This document shows positions 46,956-55,237 of a DNA stretch of 64,000 nucleotides, in pieces. The DNA comes from Candidatus Uhrbacteria bacterium (GTDB lineage Bacteria > Patescibacteriota > Patescibacteriia > UBA9934 > GWF2-40-263). The notes below the pieces were generated by a model, which did not search any database, was not told the DNA's origin, and worked only from the letters and a program-made list of their open reading frames with translations. Where the stretch lies: the NCBI GenBank assembly GCA_023246355.1, contig JAHFIQ010000002.1:118229-182228 (forward strand), in the 5' to 3' direction. The stretch's first letter is position 1. Each line of letters begins with the position of its first letter. A program made the position numbers and the translations under genes.

Positions 46956-48015
46956 TCTGTTATTCCACGGCTTGCTTGCTCAATCCCGTGGAGAAGAAGA
47001 GTTCAAGCCGACCAAGGCCGAATTGGCTGTGGCGGTTACCACCAGGATGCACGAGGATCGCCAAGCCAATCTGGGAGGGGAAGACGATCTGGCCGTGTAC
47101 CTGCGGCCGATGAAAGCCTATCCGATGGTTTCGACTCATGCCCAGTGGGCAGATCTCTTTGCGCGGTACAAGGCAGGTGATGTGATCGCTCACGATGAGC
47201 TGGTGTATCGCAACATCCGTCTGGTTGTCTCCGTGGCGATCAAGTACAGCCGTCGTGGACTTCCACTTCTTGACTGTGTTCAAGAGGGAGTGATTGGTCT
47301 TCTGACTGCAATAAAGCGGTTTGAAATAGAGCGGGGATATCAGTTCAGCACCTACGCCACAGGCTGGATTCGCCAGGCAATCACGCGGGCCATCGAGGAC
47401 ACAGGAGATCGGTATTCGTACCGCATTCCGGTTCACATGGCAGAGCAGATTTCTGTTGTCCGGGGTTGCATGGCGCATTTCGTCAAAACCTATGGCGAGT
47501 GGCCCACACCCCTGGACGTGTACAAGCTGGTGAAGTCTCGCAAGACCCAAGTGGTAGCTGCCATGACACTCGTGGACACCAAGAACTGCATGAAGTACGT
47601 CCAATTCGGGGAATCAGAGCGATTGGATCGCGAGGTTTCTGGAAAGGGCGGCGAGGAAGAAGGTCGCTTTGGTGACAAGCTCCCTGATCGAAGAGTCAAA
47701 ACAACGACCGTGGTCGACGCGAGCAAAATGTTGCCGCGCTACCATGCGGCTCTGGAGCGGGTGGAGAAGGCTGTCAAAGCCCTGCCTGCCCGCGACGCCA
47801 TGGTTCTGTCCATGCGTCTGGGGCTTGGCTCGTTTGATTCCATGACGCTTGAGGAAGTTGCAGAGCGCTACGAGCTCACACGGGAGCGCATTCGGCAGAT
47901 CGAAGAGAAGGCCTACGAGAAGCTGGCAGAAGCTGGTTTCAAGATTTCCCACGAGCAAATCCAACAACTGCAAGACGTGTTGGACGAGCTCGAACGCATT
48001 GTGAGGTCGGTCTAA
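46936..48015 (+). CDS. RpoD/RpoS-like sigma70 factor without region 1.1
   Basis: NIRLVVSVA.KY..RGL...D..QEG.IGL, FSTYAT.WIRQAI and TLEEV....LTRERIRQIE. Confidence 0.93.
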   Translation: MLATNNNLLFHGLLAQSRGEEEFKPTKAELAVAVTTRMHEDRQANLGGEDDLAVYLRPMKAYPMVSTHAQWADLFARYKAGDVIAHDELVYRNIRLVVSVAIKYSRRGLPLLDCVQEGVIGLLTAIKRFEIERGYQFSTYATGWIRQAITRAIEDTGDRYSYRIPVHMAEQISVVRGCMAHFVKTYGEWPTPLDVYKLVKSRKTQVVAAMTLVDTKNCMKYVQFGESERLDREVSGKGGEEEGRFGDKLPDRRVKTTTVVDASKMLPRYHAALERVEKAVKALPARDAMVLSMRLGLGSFDSMTLEEVAERYELTRERIRQIEEKAYEKLAEAGFKISHEQIQQLQDVLDELERIVRSV

Positions 48016-49232
48016 TGGACGAGGTCAACTGTCAAATTGCGGAAGCATCGATTCCGGTCGCTCTGTGCTACCAGGAACAGGGAACAGCTGCCTGCGCGGG
48101 TTGCATGGCCGTCAGCCGCCGATGTCCGGAGTGCAAACGCGCCGGAAATATGGGTGAGGCAAAGGAAGGTGTGTGCAAGGATTGTCTTGCCAAGTTGAGG
48201 AGCAAGGCGGGCGATGCCAGGCCAAGCCTTCCAGGCGGAAACGTCGCGGATGCCCTGGAGGAAACGCTCGATGGCCTTGAGGACATCGCCTACGGTGACA
48301 CTTCTGCCATTTCTGGTGGAGATGAATCTCACCCAGACGCAGTGCGCGATCTGGACACAGATGCACTCAAGAAAAGCCGCCGCGCACAAGACGCTGGGTT
48401 TCTCCTGGCGCATCTTGGGCCCTTCATCGTGGAGAGACCAGACGGATCTCGTTTGGTGACAGCAGCTCACGCTGTGCTCATGGAACAGGCGAGGCTCATG
48501 CCTGATGAGACGAGTCGCGCCATTGAGTTGCTCGTGAGCCGTGGCCTTGTGGAGCGTCGTGGGGAGAGTGATCTCATTATTCTCACCCGCGAGATTCCAC
48601 AGCTGGCGTCTCAATCGTCCGCGGCGGGATTCACCGGCGGAGCTCCCAAGCTCACTCCACTCAGGCTTACGGGTCGTGTGGACGATGCCAAGGGACGTCA
48701 AATCCCAACCATCGAGGAGATCTATGCCGCATTGGAGGGTCGTCATCGGGTGGTTGGGGAAGAGAGACTGGTAACCGGCGCCGTGCCCATCCTCCAGCTT
48801 GAACTGCATGTGGGTGCTCCTGTGGCGATCCGCATGCTGGAGCGTCTGCAAGAAGAGACCTTGGTCAAGCCCAAGGATGGTTGGCGAACACTGGTTCTGC
48901 TGGGCGAAGGCGAAGTGCACGACTCGCGTGCCGCCCTCAAAGAAGAGACCATTCTTCGCATGGAGCGCTCAGCAGCAAAAGCGCGTCTCATCATTCGTAA
49001 AGGGGTGCTCACGAAGTTCGCCTTCGGTCGAGCGCTTCAAGCCTTGGATGAGAGCATCAGCGAGCTCGAGGCCATTGGCGTGCAAGTCGCCTCGCAGGTC
49101 ACGGCCTTGCGGGCACACCGCGAGGAAGTTCGCCAGGCAGAGCTCGGCTACGATGAAGCCCGTGCACAGAGCGAGAACGCGGTCGAAATGACCAATCCAC
49201 TGGCAGCTTCACAGAGGCCGCCAGACGCCTAG
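48015..49232 (+). CDS. hypothetical protein: Cys-rich Zn-binding N-terminus, two winged-helix-like domains, coiled coil
   Basis: Eight Cys including three CxxC pairs; ILQLELHVG...A.RMLE.L.E..LV resembles FtsK-gamma; TAATG coupling to the sigma gene. Confidence 0.65.
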   Translation: MDEVNCQIAEASIPVALCYQEQGTAACAGCMAVSRRCPECKRAGNMGEAKEGVCKDCLAKLRSKAGDARPSLPGGNVADALEETLDGLEDIAYGDTSAISGGDESHPDAVRDLDTDALKKSRRAQDAGFLLAHLGPFIVERPDGSRLVTAAHAVLMEQARLMPDETSRAIELLVSRGLVERRGESDLIILTREIPQLASQSSAAGFTGGAPKLTPLRLTGRVDDAKGRQIPTIEEIYAALEGRHRVVGEERLVTGAVPILQLELHVGAPVAIRMLERLQEETLVKPKDGWRTLVLLGEGEVHDSRAALKEETILRMERSAAKARLIIRKGVLTKFAFGRALQALDESISELEAIGVQVASQVTALRAHREEVRQAELGYDEARAQSENAVEMTNPLAASQRPPDA

Positions 49233-49257
49233 ACCCCACACACGTGGGGTTTTATGA

Positions 49258-49310
49258 TTGACGATTTCCATCCGAAGGCGTACGGTTTCCATCCGTTCCT
49301 TACAAGGAGT
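49258..49310 (+). promoter_or_regulatory. promoter, 17-nt leader motif and RBS of the HrpB-like gene
   Basis: TTGACG-17-TACGGT, CCATCCGTTCCTTACAA, GGAG. Confidence 0.6.
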
Positions 49311-49314
49311 TCTC

Positions 49315-51576
49315 ATGCAAGAGTCTCTTCCTGTTGACGCTGTGGCCCCGCAGGTCGTTGAAGCCATTCTCAGGAGGCGACGCAATGTCGTCCTCACCGC
49401 ACCGACTGGTTCGGGAAAGACCACCCGCATTCCACAGCATCTACATCTCTCAAGTCCTCGCTTGCGCATCCTCGTGGTTCAACCTCGTCGGGTCGCTTGT
49501 CGTGCGGTGGCTCGTCGGGTGGCCAAAGAGCTGGGAGTTCGGGCTGGGCAGCAGGTCGGCTACATCACGCGTGGCGATGTTCAGACAAGCGAGTCAACCG
49601 TTGTCACGTTCGTGACAGACGGCATTCTGCTCCAGATGTTCCAGTCGGATCCTCGGTTGAGGTCCTTTGACGTCATTGTCTTTGACGAGTTCCACGAGCG
49701 TCGTCTGATGACCGATTTGGCTCTGGCCCTCGCACGCCGAGCGCAGCTCTCAGGCAGCCACATTCGGATCATCGCCATGTCCGCGACCATGCCGGATCGC
49801 GAGCGTCTGGTGGAATACCTGGATGCTGAACCGTTCACGGTTGATGTCCGCAGTTTTCCGGTCGACATCCGTCACGTCTGTTCCAGGCCCCATGAGCATC
49901 GGCTGGCCGATCGCCTGATCGAGAAGATCACCTGGACGCTTCAGAATATTCCCGAAGGCGACATCCTCGTCTTCCTTCCGGGAAAAGCCGAGATCGACCA
50001 GGTGTTGCGTGGCCTTGCGCAAAAGGAGCTGCCCGACGTTCATGTCCTTCCACTGCACGGACAACTGCCCTCCGGGGGACAAGACCAGATCTTTGCTCGC
50101 GCAGAAGGTCGCAAGGTGATTCTTTCAACCAACATTGCCGAGACCTCACTGACGGTTCCTGGTGTCCGAGTCGTGATCGACTCAGGTCTGTCTCGTGAGG
50201 CGAGTTACCTTCCAGAACTTGGAGTCAATCGTTTGGTGCTTGGGGTGATCGCTCAGGATTCGGCAACGCAACGTGCGGGCCGAGCTGGACGTGAAGCACC
50301 TGGACTGTGTCTGCGTCTGTGGTCTGAGGGGGAGCATCGTCGGTGCGCTGAAACCGCGGCCCCTGAAATTCATCGGACGGAATTGTCTGATCTGGTTCTG
50401 CATCTGCGGGCGATCGGCATTGAACGCTTGGGGGAGTTTCCGTTTTTCGATCCACCAGACCCAGAGCGTCTGGCAGCGGCAGATGATCTGCTGAGCACGC
50501 TAGGTGCCTACGATCGCGATCACAGGCTCAACCACATCGGCCTCATGATGTCGCGGTTGAATCTTCCGGCACGTTTTGCCAGGATGATGGTACAGGCCAT
50601 GGCCGAAGGGGCTGAGCAAGAGGTCGCCTCGATCGTGGCCATGCTCATGACGCCCAACGTGTTCAAGTTCCCACCGGGTTTGCGAGAGGTCGCGCTGGAA
50701 GTGCACAGCCATTTGATGGCCACGGCCAACTCCGACTTTGATCAGCTGCTCAGGCTCTTTCAGGAGTTTGAACGGCAAGCACATCCCCAAAGGTACTGTC
50801 GCAAGAACTTTCTCACCTTCGGCGGGATGCGCGAAGCAGAGCGGTTGCAGGAGCGGATTCTGAAAACCGTGAAGGAGCTTCAGGCAACTCGACCCAAGGA
50901 AGCCATTTCGCGAGAGAGCATGTCGCGGTGTCTTTTGAGCGGTCTGCTTGATCGCGTGGGCCGTCGTCGGGAAGACGGACTCTTTGACATGGCGATGGGA
51001 GGCCTGGGGAAACTGCCCAACGGCTCACTGCTGAAAGGTGATTGGGTCTGCGCGGGTGAATTGCACAGCGCTCGGGAGAGGTTTCATCAGGGAACGCCTG
51101 CCGTGATCTCGCTTGCGTTTTCCTTTGACCCAGCCCTGCTCGAGCAAATCGGCGGTCACCTGATCCGCCAGCGGACGCATTTGGTCGAGGCCTTTCCCGC
51201 TTTGGGGAACGTACGGGCCAACCGCCTGACCTCTTACCTGTACTTGACGATAGGTGATTGGCAAGAGGTCCTGCTCAGCCTTCAGGAGGCTCGAGCCATT
51301 GCCAAGGAACAGGAGGAGGAGGCGAAGGATCACGATTGGCACAAAGCCGATGTTCGTCGGGTTGCGCGTCGCAAGGGATCTGTTGTCCTGTTTGCGGATC
51401 GGCATGTTCCCATCGCTGAGGAAGTCCCAGAAGGCCTGTGGTGGGTTGAGCGCTCTGGTACGAAGGAGGCGCATCCGAGATACAAGATTCTCGAGCTCCC
51501 GATTCCACAAGAAGGGGTAACACTTCCTTCTTTGGAAGCAACCAACGCACTGGTTGATCAACTCCTTGGTCTCTGA
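49315..51576 (+). CDS. HrpA/HrpB-like DEAH-box RNA helicase
   Basis: APTGSGKTT, QPRR, DEFHER, MSAT, STNIAETSLT, QRAGRAGR and HA2 domain; ATG at 49315. Confidence 0.92.
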   Translation: MQESLPVDAVAPQVVEAILRRRRNVVLTAPTGSGKTTRIPQHLHLSSPRLRILVVQPRRVACRAVARRVAKELGVRAGQQVGYITRGDVQTSESTVVTFVTDGILLQMFQSDPRLRSFDVIVFDEFHERRLMTDLALALARRAQLSGSHIRIIAMSATMPDRERLVEYLDAEPFTVDVRSFPVDIRHVCSRPHEHRLADRLIEKITWTLQNIPEGDILVFLPGKAEIDQVLRGLAQKELPDVHVLPLHGQLPSGGQDQIFARAEGRKVILSTNIAETSLTVPGVRVVIDSGLSREASYLPELGVNRLVLGVIAQDSATQRAGRAGREAPGLCLRLWSEGEHRRCAETAAPEIHRTELSDLVLHLRAIGIERLGEFPFFDPPDPERLAAADDLLSTLGAYDRDHRLNHIGLMMSRLNLPARFARMMVQAMAEGAEQEVASIVAMLMTPNVFKFPPGLREVALEVHSHLMATANSDFDQLLRLFQEFERQAHPQRYCRKNFLTFGGMREAERLQERILKTVKELQATRPKEAISRESMSRCLLSGLLDRVGRRREDGLFDMAMGGLGKLPNGSLLKGDWVCAGELHSARERFHQGTPAVISLAFSFDPALLEQIGGHLIRQRTHLVEAFPALGNVRANRLTSYLYLTIGDWQEVLLSLQEARAIAKEQEEEAKDHDWHKADVRRVARRKGSVVLFADRHVPIAEEVPEGLWWVERSGTKEAHPRYKILELPIPQEGVTLPSLEATNALVDQLLGL

Positions 51577-51677
51577 CATCTGACCTTGCCTCCTGGCAGG
51601 GTCTTTTCAATTGACGAGCATTTGTATTTATGGCATAGTTTTCGGCCGCTGCTTCCACCTTCTTCATAGGAGTCGCC

Positions 51678-53570
51678 ATGGATCATCAAGATATCCGTCG
51701 CGCGCTCCAGGGGAGTGTGGCGGCGGTTTTGGAAGACAAGCTTCTTCCACGTGTGCTTCGTCCCTACCAAGTTGAGACGTTCTACCGATTTGGCACTTGG
51801 CTTGCTGACACAGGTGCCACACATCGCTGCTACATCTCCCATGCTACGGGACTAGGCAAGACCGTCTGGTTCTCGTCACTTGCCAGACATTGTTCTGACA
51901 TGCGAGTGCTGGTGATTGTGCCAACCAAAATGCTCGTCGAGCAGACGATCCGAACCCTGACGCAGTTCTGCGGTGGCATGATTGGACATCAGTCAAGCCT
52001 AGACAAGATTCGCGATCGCCGCGGCCAAGTTGTGGCCATGCGTGGGCATGAGTTTTCCAATGTGGTGGTGACGACCGACGAAAGCTTTGTGACACGTGCT
52101 GCCGAGTTCCGCCGTGAGTTCGATCCCGACCTCATCATCTGGGACGAATGCCATTGGGCATACCACTCGTCGGCCTCTGCTGCGCTGGCCCTGTTTGATC
52201 GACCGGTGATTGTCGGGCTTTCAGCCACCACAGATTTCCTTACCAACGTGAGTCGCGGTGGTTCCGTTCCTGTGGTGATGGACAACGGCCAAGTGCTGTA
52301 TTGTCCGCCCAGTCGACTCGCCGCCACGCATTTCCACACCCTGGTGGATGAACGCACGGTTCGTTGGGGCATTGAAAGCGGTTGGCTCGCCCCGCTTGCA
52401 TGGGCACAGCTCCAGCTGAACCTGAAGCTCAGCGAAGTACCTGTCACGTCAGGTCCTGGAGGTGAGGACTACAACGAGGCCAAGCTCCAGCAAGCCATGG
52501 AGACGGCTTGGCCCACACTCATCGATGCGGTGTGCAAACTCTACGGCGATGAGTCCTACGGGCTCATCGATCGTCAGGTGTTTGCGGTCTGCCCCAGCGT
52601 TCGGGCTGGACGCGAGCTTGCCTATGCCCTTTCAAGCATGGGAGTTCCGGCGGCTTGCATTGATGGAGGGACGCCAGATCGCGATCGCAACATCATCTTG
52701 AGTGCCTTTGACAAGAGGGAATTTCGGTTCCTCTCCTCGGTCATGGTTCTGCGTGAAGGATGGGATGCGGATGCGGAAGTGTGCCTCATGCTGCGGCCGA
52801 CACGTTCACGCATCTACTACCTTCAGAGCATGGGACGTGTGCTGCGTCCATCACCAGATGGTGGGTACAAGGTTTCGCTCGTCGTTGATGTGAAGACACG
52901 TGATCAGCGGTTCACGCCACTCTCAACGCCTACGTTGTTCGCTCCTCCTGGGTCGGAAGTAGAGGAACGCAAGATTCTCATCGGACCTCGCCACTCCTCT
53001 GGCGCTCATGGGAAACCTTCCTCGCTTGTCTCGCCGTATGCGGTGGAAGGAATAGCGCCCAAGCTCATCCACGTTCCTGCGGTTGAAGTCGAGTACTGGG
53101 CGAGTGCGAGTGGCACCTTCGAAACTGATGGAAAAACATGGGGCACACCAGCGGCCTTGTCCCTGCTGCTGCCGGTCTCAGCACCAACGATTGATCGACG
53201 GGCGAAAGAGGCGTGCGAGAGTGGGATGATTTCTTCTCGAACGGCTCGCAACGCCAGTGGAAGGCATTGCGCCTTTTACGCCCTGGATGAGATTCAAGCT
53301 TTGTGCGCGGATCTGTTAAAACCTGACCGCATTCAATCAGCTGGATGGTTTGAGGAAGACGGTGAAGTGTGGGTCGCAAGGTACGCGGCTCCATCTCTGC
53401 TCTCCTTACTTCCCACAATTGTGGATGTGATCGTCGGCAATGCTCAGGTTCGTAGGCGTGAAGCCAAGCCGGTTCGTGGACGCGTGGCCACGTACTACTG
53501 CCTCTCGGATTTGAGAAAAGTTCGAGAACAACTGCACGTTTCTCGCGAACTCACGGGCAGCTCTTCGTAA
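51678..53570 (+). CDS. SF2 helicase with two C-terminal HTH-like repeats
   Basis: LRPYQ, ATGLGKT, DECH, SAT, EGWD and QSMGRVLR; TTGACG promoter and AGGAG RBS. Confidence 0.85.
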   Translation: MDHQDIRRALQGSVAAVLEDKLLPRVLRPYQVETFYRFGTWLADTGATHRCYISHATGLGKTVWFSSLARHCSDMRVLVIVPTKMLVEQTIRTLTQFCGGMIGHQSSLDKIRDRRGQVVAMRGHEFSNVVVTTDESFVTRAAEFRREFDPDLIIWDECHWAYHSSASAALALFDRPVIVGLSATTDFLTNVSRGGSVPVVMDNGQVLYCPPSRLAATHFHTLVDERTVRWGIESGWLAPLAWAQLQLNLKLSEVPVTSGPGGEDYNEAKLQQAMETAWPTLIDAVCKLYGDESYGLIDRQVFAVCPSVRAGRELAYALSSMGVPAACIDGGTPDRDRNIILSAFDKREFRFLSSVMVLREGWDADAEVCLMLRPTRSRIYYLQSMGRVLRPSPDGGYKVSLVVDVKTRDQRFTPLSTPTLFAPPGSEVEERKILIGPRHSSGAHGKPSSLVSPYAVEGIAPKLIHVPAVEVEYWASASGTFETDGKTWGTPAALSLLLPVSAPTIDRRAKEACESGMISSRTARNASGRHCAFYALDEIQALCADLLKPDRIQSAGWFEEDGEVWVARYAAPSLLSLLPTIVDVIVGNAQVRRREAKPVRGRVATYYCLSDLRKVREQLHVSRELTGSSS

Positions 53571-53580
53571 GACGGGCTGC

Positions 53581-53616
53581 TTTTCTTGTACAAGAAAACC
53601 TGCTCAGTGAGCAGGT
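53581..53616. terminator. paired palindromes between convergent genes
   Basis: TTTTCTTG-TA-CAAGAAAA and ACCTGCTC-AGT-GAGCAGGT. Confidence 0.5.
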
Positions 53617-53620
53617 CCGT

Positions 53621-54520
53621 TTACTCGTCCGCGAGGACTTCCATGATGGTCTGGGAGCGCTGTGCGATGCCGCGAAGCGCTTGCAGGAGTTGCTTGCGCC
53701 TGTTGCTGGGCATGGCTTTCCAGGCCTTTCGTACTTCCTCGACGTTCCCTTCGCACTGATGCGCGAGCTCATCCAGGTGACCGAACAGGCCCTGTGCTGA
53801 GCTGTTGGAGGTGTTGAGGAGCTGCCGGAAGCGGATGACACCAATGTTGATGTCGTCCCATCTCTTGTCCTTGCCTTCCATCTCGCGTCGCTTGAGAAAT
53901 GCATCCAGGCGCCTGACCGTCATGTGACTCGGTCGACCCTGGATGGATTCCTTGAACTCATCAAACACTTTTTGACACGTGTCGCTGTTGTGGTACTTGC
54001 CTGCGAGTGTGCTGCCGAAGTTCAAGGCGACATGACCCTGATCTACGAGCTGCTGAATTTCTGTTGGAAGTTTCAGTAGCGAGACCATTTTCGAGACGAG
54101 TGACCTGTGCTTCCATCCGACGAGACACCCGATTTTTTCCATGGTCATGCCGCGCTTCCACAACTCGTTGAGCGCTGCGGCCAATTCCATGGGAGACAAG
54201 TCTTCACGATTGAGGTTGTCCACCAAGGCGAAGGCAAGGGCATCGAGCTCTGTCCCTTCCAGCACAAATGCAGAGACCTCTTTGCGATCGAGCATCCTGA
54301 GGCTGCGGATTCGACGCTCACCCGAGACCAGGATGAACGTGCCGTCCCCGTTGGGGTTGGCTCGAACATGCACGGGGTTGAGCAGGCCAACCTCTTGGAT
54401 AGTGTCTCTCAGACTCCCCAGCCTCTCCTCGTCGAAGAGTTTGCGCGGCTGATTGGGATCGGCCACGACCTTGTCGATTGGAATGACCGTCACGGCCAGA
54501 TGCGGACCTCCGTCCATCAC
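53621..54520 (-). CDS. orphan ParB/Spo0J-family protein
   Basis: PNQPRK.F, SGERR.R, DNLNREDL and HTH; GGAGG RBS. Confidence 0.88.
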   Translation of the reverse strand: MMDGGPHLAVTVIPIDKVVADPNQPRKLFDEERLGSLRDTIQEVGLLNPVHVRANPNGDGTFILVSGERRIRSLRMLDRKEVSAFVLEGTELDALAFALVDNLNREDLSPMELAAALNELWKRGMTMEKIGCLVGWKHRSLVSKMVSLLKLPTEIQQLVDQGHVALNFGSTLAGKYHNSDTCQKVFDEFKESIQGRPSHMTVRRLDAFLKRREMEGKDKRWDDINIGVIRFRQLLNTSNSSAQGLFGHLDELAHQCEGNVEEVRKAWKAMPSNRRKQLLQALRGIAQRSQTIMEVLADE

Positions 54521-54627
54521 ACCCTCCAGTTGAATGGGTGGCCTTCTCTTTACGCCTTCTTTTGCGTTTCGTCAAGCGATTGCTTGCTCCCGCTTCAAAA
54601 ACCTGATACGCTGGCAGCGATTTCATT

Positions 54628-55233
54628 ATGAGTCGATTTGCAGGGATTGAAGATAAACTGTATTCGCGTTTTGGACCCGTGGGAGGAGCCGTGGCTTCTT
54701 TTGTGTTGGAGGTCATCCAAATCGTGCTCATCTCAAGTGCGATCATCATTCCGATTCGGTATTTCTTGATCCAGCCGTTTTATGTGAAGGGCGCCTCCAT
54801 GGAACCCAATTTCTACGATGCGGAATATCTGATCATCGATGAGCTCTCGTATCGGTTTCGGGACCCCATGCGCGGAGAGATCGTGGTGTTCCGTTATCCG
54901 CGCGATCCAAGTCAGTTTTTTATCAAACGAGTCGTTGCACTGCCTGGTGAGACTGTAGAGGTCACGGACAATCATCTGATTATCTACAATGAAGAGCATC
55001 CAAACGGCATGCTCTTGGAAGAAGACTACTTGGGCGGCGAGAAGACCACAGGTAAAGAACGTGTGACGCTCGGCGAAGATGAATTTTTTGTCATGGGAGA
55101 CAATCGTGATTCCAGTCTTGATTCAAGAAGTTTTGGTCCTTTGACACGCGATCATCTCGTTGGCCGCGTCTGGGTTCGCGGATTGCCGATTTCTCGATTT
55201 ACCACGTTTGATGTGCCATCGTATAACCTCTAA
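54628..55233 (+). CDS. lepB: signal peptidase I
   Basis: GASMEP, IKRVVALPG and GDNR..S.DSR. Confidence 0.96.
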   Translation: MSRFAGIEDKLYSRFGPVGGAVASFVLEVIQIVLISSAIIIPIRYFLIQPFYVKGASMEPNFYDAEYLIIDELSYRFRDPMRGEIVVFRYPRDPSQFFIKRVVALPGETVEVTDNHLIIYNEEHPNGMLLEEDYLGGEKTTGKERVTLGEDEFFVMGDNRDSSLDSRSFGPLTRDHLVGRVWVRGLPISRFTTFDVPSYNL

Positions 55234-55237
55234 TTGT

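Noticed and set aside
41400-54600. Prophage or integrative element at tRNA-Val
   Set aside because: I found no integrase, transposase, phage structural genes or duplicated tRNA end by eye.
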